Source: an uncultured Chlamydiae bacterium
GTDB lineage: Bacteria > Chlamydiota > Chlamydiia > Chlamydiales > JAJFMA01
Direction: 5' to 3'
NCBI GenBank assembly: GCA_963713615.1
Contig: CAVQMM010000001.1
Span: forward strand, 2,496,001-2,560,000
DNA length: 64,000 nt
Part shown: positions 56,182 through 64,000 of the stretch, one piece after another
Layout: every line of letters begins with the position of its first letter
How positions within the stretch are numbered: position 1 is the first letter of the stretch
Program-made: the position numbers and the translations under genes
Notes under the pieces: model-generated
The model's input: the letters and a program-made list of their open reading frames with translations, nothing else
Databases searched by the model: none
Told to the model about the DNA's origin: nothing

Positions 56182-57945
56182 ATGTTAAGCTTCCGTCAAA
56201 AGATATTTATTAGCCACCTGGTTCTTTTCTTAGTTTTTATCGCATTGATGTTTCCCTTTGCGGCTAAGACGGTCAAAAACCTGGTCTATCGCTCCATGCA
56301 GATGCGCTCACAGGAGCTTATCACGAAAATTCAGTCAGCGCCTAACAACGCTGAGTTGGTACGTCGAGTAAAGGATCAGAAGGGACAGACCTTCTTTCGC
56401 GTAGGGATCATCACTGATGAGCAAAAAAACCTCTACGACACTGCGGCTAAGCGACTGCTGGGACCACGCTTCACCCAGGAGTATGTTGTAGACTATCCAG
56501 AAGTCCTGCAAGCCTTTCAGACAGGCACAGGATACAACGAAGATTACTCGGATATTCTGAGTCAAAAGTACATCTATTTGGCGACAGCTTTTGATTTCCA
56601 CGGCAAAACATATGTGCTTCGCAGTGCCTTTCCCTACAAATATGTCACGGACCTTACGCGTGATTTTGAGCTAGGCTTTCTGATTCTGTCCAGTGTTGTG
56701 CTACTAGCCTTCAGCACCATGATGTGGCTGATCATCCATCGCCTGAGTATGCCAATCCAGCAGATCATCACCGACATCACGCCTTACCAGGAAGGCAAGA
56801 CACCGACTATTCCCGAAATCAAAGTTCGCAACCCACGTTCTGCCGATGACTTCGCACGTCTCGCCATGACTCTCAATAGCCTTTCAGCGCGTATTCAGAG
56901 TCACATCGATACGATCACCTACGAGCGTGATGAAAAAGAAGCCATTCTAGAATCCCTGATCGAAGGGGTTATCGCCATTGATGGGGATATGACGATTACT
57001 TATGCCAATGACATGGCGTTGCGACTACTGAACCATCCAGATGTTGACGTATTGGGTGCGGACTTTGCCATTCTAGAGCATCCACACTTCCTAGAGCTCT
57101 TGATTAAGTGCCAACAGGTACGTCAAGTCATCACTGAAATGTTCACCACCAAGCTTAATGGACGTAAAGTCTTCCTGCATGTTGTAGCAGCGCCTAATCG
57201 CCGAGATGGTGCTGTATTAGTCCTTCAGGACCATTCCAGCCACTACCGCATGTTGGAGATGCGCAAGGACTTCGTGGCTAATGCATCCCATGAATTGAAA
57301 ACGCCGATTACTGTTATCCGTGGTTTTGCCGAAACATTGCATGATCATCCCGAGCTTCCTAAAGATACTGTCGTCGAGGTGACTGGCAAAATCGTCAATA
57401 GCTGTCTCAAAATGACGCGTTTGATCAAAGACTTGCTGACGCTTGCTGACATCGAGAACATGCCTGAGAGCAACCTAATGGAATGTGATCTCGAAGATCT
57501 AGCTGATCACTGCCGTACACTAGTATTAGACGCCCACCCCACTGCGGAAATAACCATCACGAATATTAACAACAAACCCATGACGATCACAGCGGATCCT
57601 CATCTGATGGAGATGGCGCTGACAAATTTGATGGAAAATGCCGCGAAGTACTCCAATCCTCCGGCCATCATTGCAGTCACCCTGACGCATCTTGGCGATT
57701 CGATCAAAGTCGCTGTAAAGGATAAAGGCATTGGCATTCCTCCCGCTGACGTTGAACACATCTTTGTACGCTTTTATACTGTCGATAAAGCGCGTTCACG
57801 CAAGATGGGCGGCTCAGGGCTGGGGCTTTCCATTGTTCAGAACATCATTGAAAAGCATTTTGGCCGCATTACCGTCGAGTCTGTGGTTAATGAAGGCTCT
57901 ATCTTCACCATTGTCCTACCTACGCGAATGGAAAAAATGCTTTAA
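56182..57945 (+). CDS. Sensor histidine kinase (PhoR/WalK-like; 2 TM, HAMP, PAS, HisKA, HATPase)
   Basis: FVANASHELKTP, NAAKY, DKGIGI and GGSGLGLSIV motifs. Confidence 0.92.
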   Translation: MLSFRQKIFISHLVLFLVFIALMFPFAAKTVKNLVYRSMQMRSQELITKIQSAPNNAELVRRVKDQKGQTFFRVGIITDEQKNLYDTAAKRLLGPRFTQEYVVDYPEVLQAFQTGTGYNEDYSDILSQKYIYLATAFDFHGKTYVLRSAFPYKYVTDLTRDFELGFLILSSVVLLAFSTMMWLIIHRLSMPIQQIITDITPYQEGKTPTIPEIKVRNPRSADDFARLAMTLNSLSARIQSHIDTITYERDEKEAILESLIEGVIAIDGDMTITYANDMALRLLNHPDVDVLGADFAILEHPHFLELLIKCQQVRQVITEMFTTKLNGRKVFLHVVAAPNRRDGAVLVLQDHSSHYRMLEMRKDFVANASHELKTPITVIRGFAETLHDHPELPKDTVVEVTGKIVNSCLKMTRLIKDLLTLADIENMPESNLMECDLEDLADHCRTLVLDAHPTAEITITNINNKPMTITADPHLMEMALTNLMENAAKYSNPPAIIAVTLTHLGDSIKVAVKDKGIGIPPADVEHIFVRFYTVDKARSRKMGGSGLGLSIVQNIIEKHFGRITVESVVNEGSIFTIVLPTRMEKML

Positions 57946-57953
57946 GCTATGGT

Positions 57954-59195
57954 TTAAACAGGGAAAAAAATCTCTGTCTGGTTTGGCTCATGGACAATCT
58001 TAAATTTCCCTTCAATCGTACCGCCACTACAGGTTTTTTTTCCTGTAAAACGGAAGCCCATCAGGAAACGACCTTCAAAGATAGATCCATCGCTTAATGT
58101 TGCTCGTCCTTCTCCATGGGGTAGAATCAATCCAAGGTGCGAGGTAAAAGGCCCCTCATAAACAAACGCCCCATCCTCACGCTCGAGCTTTCCATTTGAC
58201 AGAATTCCGTTCTTCCATGTCCCTTCGAATTTCCAACCGGTGTAAGTCCATGTGCCCTCACCATCAAGTTCAAAATCGGTGTTGAAATCTCCCTTATAAA
58301 GGGATAGGTGCTCCCTAAAAGGTACTTCTCTTTCCAACAGCTTCCCCTCACACCATTTACCGGTAACTCTTGTTTGATCCTCTATATTACCTTTTTTCCA
58401 TAGAGTACTGACCACTTGGTTCTGCCCATTTTCTTTGACCAGGGTACCCATTCCATCAAAATGCCCCAGCTTAAAGGATCCAGTATAAACATAGTCGGCT
58501 CCGGTCAATACCCCTTCACCATGAGGTAATAAGTCTACATCGAATTCTCCCTCATATTTTTCGATAAAGTCTGGAAAATCTATTTTTCTCGTACCTTTTG
58601 CCAAATCACCCTCGCACCATTCTCCGTGCCAGGTGATGGAACCCTTGGTCAGAGTCCCTCGGCCATGATATTGGCCCTCTTTCCTGTCTCCAAGATAGCA
58701 AACGCTAGGGGATGACTGTTCTAATGGCTTTGACTTTGTTGTTATTGGCCTTGCTATGACTTGATTAGAGCTGACCATGCATGAAATGCCTTGCTGATTA
58801 AGCCCGGAACCGGCCAACTTCAGAGTTTTTACTGGCAACTTAAAGCCCTCAGCCTCCGTCTGAGCCATGCGTTTTGAGGGTAGCAATCTAGGTGGCACTG
58901 ACGGCGTCAGGTCGGGGGCGTATTGATTGTTATTGTTGTTATTTTCTCTAGTATAAAGTCCGATGTTCTCAACATAGCTAGACACTTGTTTGTGAACCGT
59001 GCTTCGCGTCAAATCGATCAAAACCGTCTCTGTATGGGTCGAACGGACCCTATCTATGATCGGGGGAAGGTGACTGCTAGCAATTTGAACAGTCTGTGTT
59101 GCTGCTGGTGTTACTTTGTTAAGTTGGTTTGAAACAAATTGGATCGATTTTTGCAGTTCATTTAAATATTCATTAATATTTACTGGCTTATCCAT
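57954..59195 (-). CDS. MORN-repeat protein with low-complexity N-terminus
   Basis: YxG...HGxG repeats (YEGEF..PHGEG, YTGSF..FDGMG). Confidence 0.82.
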   Translation of the reverse strand: MDKPVNINEYLNELQKSIQFVSNQLNKVTPAATQTVQIASSHLPPIIDRVRSTHTETVLIDLTRSTVHKQVSSYVENIGLYTRENNNNNNQYAPDLTPSVPPRLLPSKRMAQTEAEGFKLPVKTLKLAGSGLNQQGISCMVSSNQVIARPITTKSKPLEQSSPSVCYLGDRKEGQYHGRGTLTKGSITWHGEWCEGDLAKGTRKIDFPDFIEKYEGEFDVDLLPHGEGVLTGADYVYTGSFKLGHFDGMGTLVKENGQNQVVSTLWKKGNIEDQTRVTGKWCEGKLLEREVPFREHLSLYKGDFNTDFELDGEGTWTYTGWKFEGTWKNGILSNGKLEREDGAFVYEGPFTSHLGLILPHGEGRATLSDGSIFEGRFLMGFRFTGKKTCSGGTIEGKFKIVHEPNQTEIFFPV

Positions 59196-59247
59196 TAACC
59201 ATTTCCTATTTTATAATTAATTATCAACTCACTATAAATCCTAACCC

Positions 59248-59276
59248 AGCATATAGCATTATACTTAATAAATCAA
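59248..59276 (-). promoter_or_regulatory. Sigma70-type promoter for the MORN gene
   Basis: Minus-strand TTGATT, 17-bp spacer, TATGCT. Confidence 0.5.
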
Positions 59277-59357
59277 CAGAGTATTTTTTTGTAACTACTA
59301 GATAAGAAATTAATAGCTTGTATGACTTTTGTCCATAGAAAAACTAGATCTGTGGAT

Positions 59358-59744
59358 CTGTGGCGCAGTCATTCCATGACTGGGCCTTGTTCACCTTTAC
59401 GGTCAGAATTTCGGTCGGACGAAAAAGGTCGGATGTCGTGGTTTGTGACGAGGGCATAGCGCCAGCTATGTCCGAGGAGCAAAACGCGACAGACGATCCT
59501 TTTGCAGTCGACCGAAAACTGACCGCAAAGGTGAATAAGGCCCATGACTGCGAGGAGGGTTGAAACAGATGCCGTTTGTATCACATGGGAGGTTGTTTTG
59601 CACGTCTTCACGGGGGATTGTTCCTCGAGGGTTGTGGGGGTAAAGGTCCGTCCGCAGTCATGGAATGACTGCGCCACAGGGGATTGTTCCTCGAAGGTGG
59701 TGGGGGTAAAGCTCCATCCACAGTCATGGAATGTGTGCGCCACA
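59358..59744. repeat. REP-like cluster (GTGG type) with a 66-bp tandem duplication, interrupted by MITE A
   Basis: GTGGCGCAGTCATTCCATGACTGCG arm split by the MITE; inverted arms at 59653-59679 and about 59719-59744; tandem units at 59609-59674 and 59675-59740. Confidence 0.8.
59383..59542. mobile_element. 160-bp MITE family A, copy 3
   Basis: Identical to copies 1 and 2; 8-bp duplication CATGACTG at 59375-59382 and 59543-59550. Confidence 0.92.
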
Positions 59745-59805
59745 AAAACGCCCCCAATTCTTCACAAAAATCGAATAGAATCACGCGCAGTCAGCTAGAT
59801 GCAGA

Positions 59806-60921
59806 TCACTCTTGCTCCATCTGGTATTCAGGGTTATTATCATAATTTTTAATTTCAATTATTCGCTTAACGTCTGTACCGATAAATGTTAATCGTCCAT
59901 ACATATATGTCTCGGACAGTACTGTTGTTTGAATGGACTTTATTGTATGAATTAAATGTCCACTAATATTGTAAATTTTTCGTTCCAAGACACATTCAAA
60001 CGTACGCACCCTTTTTACTGAAGGCGCTTGCATAGGTATATTATGATTTTGTATTGACGCCAAAATATTATTGTCATTTAAAGTGTGAACGATGTTTTGT
60101 ACACGAGGTAACATTAAGTTAGGCTCCGCAACGATCGAACCATTAAACTCATGGCGTATGATATTTGCATGATCTGTATCTATCGAAGTTTCCACATTAA
60201 CAGTCCGATTGCCTGGCAAAGCGACACCCTCCCGATCTGATGGTTCGGAAGGTATTTGGTGTCTCTGAGCCTCTGTCGGGGAGTTATTGTTTTCAGCAAA
60301 GCTGACTTGGGATGGACTTGTGTGAACAGGCCCACTCATGAGAGACCCATGGATATTATTGCTGCTCTCCAAAATGTAGACATCCTCCTGAAGGACTCCA
60401 CTGTCATAGGTGACTTGGGAGACTTGGCCCGTCACGTCCACACGCAGTCCGGAGCCGTGAGGCAGCCCCTGGCGTGAGAAAGGCCCCTGATACAAGGTGT
60501 AATCTTTCAAAATATGCCATGTGTTGCCTGTAGGATATGTATGGTTAGGTAGGACGCTAAATGTTCCACCATTGCAAGTCCATTTACCTGGGCCACAGGG
60601 GATCCCATCCCTAAAGACACCATCATATTTAGGTCCGGCGAACAAGTGCATCGAGCCGTAGCCGTTAAGAGAAGGATCTCCTTTATAAGCTCCCAGGCCT
60701 GGAAAAAATCTCATTATTGGTTCATAGATAGGACTCGGGGTCAAATTCATCGTAGTAGATGCTGCAAACAAGGGACTTGTAGAGTTTGAATTTGCACTCA
60801 GCGTAGTATTAGCAAGCTGAATCACGCGCTCATCATCATATCTGGGTTGCGGCTGCGAATTAGAAGGTGGGTTAACTACGTTCTTCTGACCCAGTCCATT
60901 TAAACCAGTAAAATCCATCAC
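59806..60921 (-). CDS. Hypothetical protein with degenerate MORN repeats
   Basis: YDGVFRDGIPCGPG and YQGPF..LPHGSG motifs; Ser/Thr/Asn-rich N-terminus. Confidence 0.68.
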   Translation of the reverse strand: MMDFTGLNGLGQKNVVNPPSNSQPQPRYDDERVIQLANTTLSANSNSTSPLFAASTTMNLTPSPIYEPIMRFFPGLGAYKGDPSLNGYGSMHLFAGPKYDGVFRDGIPCGPGKWTCNGGTFSVLPNHTYPTGNTWHILKDYTLYQGPFSRQGLPHGSGLRVDVTGQVSQVTYDSGVLQEDVYILESSNNIHGSLMSGPVHTSPSQVSFAENNNSPTEAQRHQIPSEPSDREGVALPGNRTVNVETSIDTDHANIIRHEFNGSIVAEPNLMLPRVQNIVHTLNDNNILASIQNHNIPMQAPSVKRVRTFECVLERKIYNISGHLIHTIKSIQTTVLSETYMYGRLTFIGTDVKRIIEIKNYDNNPEYQMEQE

Positions 60922-60971
60922 TTAGTCCTTAAACTTAAAAATTAATTCGCACGCTTAAATTTCTCAGGAAT

Positions 60972-61000
60972 ACTTTACATAGAGATAACAATATATTCAA
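60972..61000 (-). promoter_or_regulatory. Possible sigma70-type promoter
   Basis: Minus-strand TTGAAT, 17-bp spacer, TAAAGT. Confidence 0.4.
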
Positions 61001-61222
61001 GGTGAACGTTCTATTGAGCCTCTTTTACTTCGTTGCCAATTACTTCATGTGTTTAATGATATCACGATCGGTCACAAGAGACTGCATTACCAATATTGGC
61101 GAATAGTCCTGCACACGCAAATGGAAAAAATGTTATAGATTAAGGCGTTTTGCGATCGTTGAATCCCGGGCGCTTTCACTTAGGCCCAAATTCAAATTTA
61201 TGACCGAGTGTGGTATAGCATC

Positions 61223-62212
61223 ATGGCAGTGGATGTCCGAGAGATCACCGAGCAGGTTAAGCGCAACAATCAAGGGTTATTGAAAGCTAAGGCTGCGATG
61301 GCACAGGTCATCGTCGGGCAAGAAATTCTTTTAGATCGTATGATGATGTCCCTTCTTACCGATGGTCATCTGCTTCTAGAAGGCCTTCCAGGCTTAGCCA
61401 AAACGTTAGCCATTACAACCTTGGCAAAGGTGATTAGCTGCGACCATAAGCGTATCCAATTTACTCCGGATTTACTGCCTGCAGACCTCATCGGCACCTC
61501 CATCTATAATCCAAAAGATGGCTCCTTTAGCATCAAAAAGGGCCCTATCTTCACCAATATTGTATTGGCTGATGAAATCAATAGAGCCCCCGGAAAGGTG
61601 CAGTCAGCATTGCTAGAGGTGATGCAGGAGCGGCAGGTAACCATCGGCGGCGAGACCTTCCGCACGGGTAAAATCTACCTTGTTATCGCCACTCAGAACC
61701 CCATCGAACAGGAAGGCACCTACCCTTTACCAGAAGCGCAAACAGATCGCTTTATGATGAAGGTGAAGCTCGATTATCCCAGCATCGACGAGGAAAAAGA
61801 AATTCTGCGCCGTTGGGCACACATCGGCGTCATTCCAGAAGCTTCGCCGGTACTATCACCTCAGGAAATCCTTAAGGCTCGCGAAATAGTCAATCAGGTT
61901 TATGTCGACGACAAAGTGATCGACTACATCCTTAGCATTGTCTTCTGCACTCGTGAGCCAAGCCAGTTCGGCGCTAATATTGAGGGGTTGTTGGAGTTTG
62001 GAGCCTCACCGCGCGCCAGTATGGCTCTCAAAATGTGTGGTCAAGCCCGTGCATTTCTTTCAAATCGTGGCTTTGTGACACCACACGATGTGAAAAGCAT
62101 CTGCCATGATGTCCTCCGTCATCGTGTAAGGCTATCTTATGAAGCCGAGGCCGAAGAGCTGAGTGCAGATGATGTCATCGATCGCGTCTTAGATGCCATT
62201 CCTGTTCCCTAA
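61223..62212 (+). CDS. moxR: MoxR-family AAA+ ATPase
   Basis: LEGLPGLAKT, QFTPDLLPAD, DEINRA and ATQNPIE motifs. Confidence 0.94.
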   Translation: MAVDVREITEQVKRNNQGLLKAKAAMAQVIVGQEILLDRMMMSLLTDGHLLLEGLPGLAKTLAITTLAKVISCDHKRIQFTPDLLPADLIGTSIYNPKDGSFSIKKGPIFTNIVLADEINRAPGKVQSALLEVMQERQVTIGGETFRTGKIYLVIATQNPIEQEGTYPLPEAQTDRFMMKVKLDYPSIDEEKEILRRWAHIGVIPEASPVLSPQEILKAREIVNQVYVDDKVIDYILSIVFCTREPSQFGANIEGLLEFGASPRASMALKMCGQARAFLSNRGFVTPHDVKSICHDVLRHRVRLSYEAEAEELSADDVIDRVLDAIPVP

Positions 62213-62236
62213 CCCCAACGGAAGGCAATCGCGACG

Positions 62237-63127
62237 ATGGCAAAGCCCTCCACGTTATCTAAAGAGGCTCTGAAGGACATTCGGCGCGTGCAGATACGCA
62301 CGAAGCACCTCGTCAATACTCTCATGGCTGGAGCCTATCGCTCAGCCTTCCGTGGGCAAGGCATGGAGTTTGCTGAAGTACGTGCCTATCAGCCTGGGGA
62401 CGATGTTCGCAACATCGATTGGAACGTCACGGCGCGTATGAATGTTCCCTACATTAAACGATTCGAGGAGGAACGTCAGCTAACGGTGATGCTGATGGTT
62501 GATGTCTCAGCATCGTCAGCTTTTGGAAGTGGCAGAAGGGCCAAAGAAGCTCTCATGGCCGAAATTGGCTCTATTTTGGCTTTCAGTGCTATTGAAAACA
62601 ATGACCGCATAGGCTTAATCCTGTTTTCATCAGAAGCCGAGCTCTATCTGCGACCACAGCGAGGCCCTCGACATGCCCTGCGCATCGTCCGAGAATTAAT
62701 GGCCTATGAGCCCAAAAAGCGTGGTACAGATATTAGGGCTGCGTTGTCTTTCTTAGGGCGCGTGCAAAAACGATCCTGCATTGTTTTTTTGCTCGGCGAC
62801 TTTCTCAGCAGCAACTTTCAGCATGCCCTTAGGGTAGCTTCTAAACGCTACGACCTCATCGCCATACGTGTTCGGGACCCACGTGAAATCAAACTGCCAT
62901 CACTACGACTGCTCAAACTGAGAGATCTTGAAACGCAGACGGATTTGCTCGTCGACACCTCGGACAAGAAAGTACAAAGTTATTTTAAGAAGCAGGTCGA
63001 AGAGCGTGCGACGAGGCAATCACGCATGATGCAGGGTTTAGGTGTTGGTTTCATCGATATCAAGAGCGATGAACCCTATACTACGGCAATTAAAAAGTTC
63101 TTCGAATCACGCCAGAGGCACAGGTAA
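62237..63127 (+). CDS. DUF58 (vWA-like) protein
   Basis: EFAEVRAYQPGDDVRNIDWNVTAR and DVSAS motifs; follows moxR. Confidence 0.92.
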   Translation: MAKPSTLSKEALKDIRRVQIRTKHLVNTLMAGAYRSAFRGQGMEFAEVRAYQPGDDVRNIDWNVTARMNVPYIKRFEEERQLTVMLMVDVSASSAFGSGRRAKEALMAEIGSILAFSAIENNDRIGLILFSSEAELYLRPQRGPRHALRIVRELMAYEPKKRGTDIRAALSFLGRVQKRSCIVFLLGDFLSSNFQHALRVASKRYDLIAIRVRDPREIKLPSLRLLKLRDLETQTDLLVDTSDKKVQSYFKKQVEERATRQSRMMQGLGVGFIDIKSDEPYTTAIKKFFESRQRHR

Positions 63128-63130
63128 TCC

Positions 63131-64000
63131 ATGCGGCACTTGTTTCTCGGCATCCTGTTGCTACATGCATCTCTGCTTTCAGCAGCATGGGAACGGCACA
63201 ATGGCCAAGGATTTGCTGCCAAGGCTACAGCTTCTGCAGCTACCCTGTTATTAACCGAGACTCTAAATGTAGCAGTCACCTTGAAATCGCCTACTGGCTA
63301 TACTGTAGATCCACAAAATCTTACCAGCAACCTCTTAAATTACGGCGAAAGCCCTCTTGACTCCTTCAAATTGATAAGCCAAGATAGTCAAACAACGACA
63401 TTGGATGGCATCACAACCACAACACTTACCTTTAAACTAGACCCTCTTATTGCGGGCCCAGCATACTTGACCTTTCGTGACATCACCTTTAAACCTACCT
63501 CGGCCAGTCTGGTGCCGATCACGCTTACTTCAGGAACCCTTAAGGTTAATGTCACAACCACTGATGAAGGAGATGCATTACAAGTTGCTGATGTATTGCC
63601 GCTAGAAAACAAACCTATTCTGGCAATCGACCCTGAAAACGAGGAGGAATTGGCACAGCAAGATGCTGAGCAACCGAGCCATAATAGGCAGATCTTTCTG
63701 GAGCGAGCTTTTCCTTGGCACTATCTTGTGCTGTTTCCTTTAGCAATCGTACTGATAGTAGGTGCGGCGAGACTAGTATTGCGTTTAGCCCGCGAGCTAA
63801 GGACAGTCCAAAAACCACCCACTCCACAGGCAACAGCGAGCAAGAAGCTTCGTACACTAGCCAAGAGTGATCTGATAGCCAAAACAGACTTTGCGGAATT
63901 CTATGTACAGCTCACCCAGATTCTAAGGGACTTCATCGCTGCGCAGTATGAGCTGGCCGCGCCAGAGATGACTACCGAGGAGTTCATGCAGGCAATGATC
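63131..64000 (+). CDS. Bat-operon-type membrane protein, runs off the right edge
   Basis: Manual translation open to the edge: signal peptide MRHLFLGILLLHASLLSA, one TM (WHYLVLFPLAIVLIVG), FY..L..ILR and EMTTEEF; follows moxR-DUF58. Confidence 0.75.
   Translation, partial: MRHLFLGILLLHASLLSAAWERHNGQGFAAKATASAATLLLTETLNVAVTLKSPTGYTVDPQNLTSNLLNYGESPLDSFKLISQDSQTTTLDGITTTTLTFKLDPLIAGPAYLTFRDITFKPTSASLVPITLTSGTLKVNVTTTDEGDALQVADVLPLENKPILAIDPENEEELAQQDAEQPSHNRQIFLERAFPWHYLVLFPLAIVLIVGAARLVLRLARELRTVQKPPTPQATASKKLRTLAKSDLIAKTDFAEFYVQLTQILRDFIAAQYELAAPEMTTEEFMQAMI

Noticed and set aside
56182..57945. Pho regulon system linking the kinase with DUF47-pit
   Set aside because: The genes are 20 kb apart, there is no response regulator in the window, and no Pho box was recognised
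59609..59744. Possible CRISPR array
   Set aside because: Only two 66-bp units, the intervening sequence is also duplicated (no unique spacers), and no cas genes are present

Overview
Chromosomal window that looks like an environmental chlamydia (Chlamydiota). This is inferred from the nifU-nifS-gpmA / rluB, oppABC, oppDF-DUF47-pit and mutL-pepP gene blocks and the many BTB, LRR, ankyrin and MORN effector-like genes. Main points: (1) A complete, translationally coupled histidine operon (purH-hisI-hisG-hisE-hisD-hisC/HAD/hisB-hisH-hisF-hisA). It is preceded by a sigma70-type promoter and a 29-codon His-rich leader ORF (4709-4798, ending HLHHHHHC) that the ORF track misses, and it includes a triple HisC-HAD phosphatase-HisB fusion. 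(2) A NifS/NifU pair in which both partners lack their catalytic or cluster-binding residues. (3) A tandem pair of an active Fic and a pseudo-Fic gene. (4) Effector-like genes, including an AnkH-like ankyrin protein lacking the catalytic Cys and an ankyrin-YopJ/CE-clan protein. (5) Many non-autonomous palindromic elements, including three identical 160-bp MITEs with 8-bp target duplications and a four-layer nested insertion; no transposase is present in the window. oppB is split by a frameshift at a G6 run, and an MFS gene survives only as a repeat-bounded fragment. No rRNA, tRNA or CRISPR array was recognised. All assignments come from motif recognition by eye, not from database searches.
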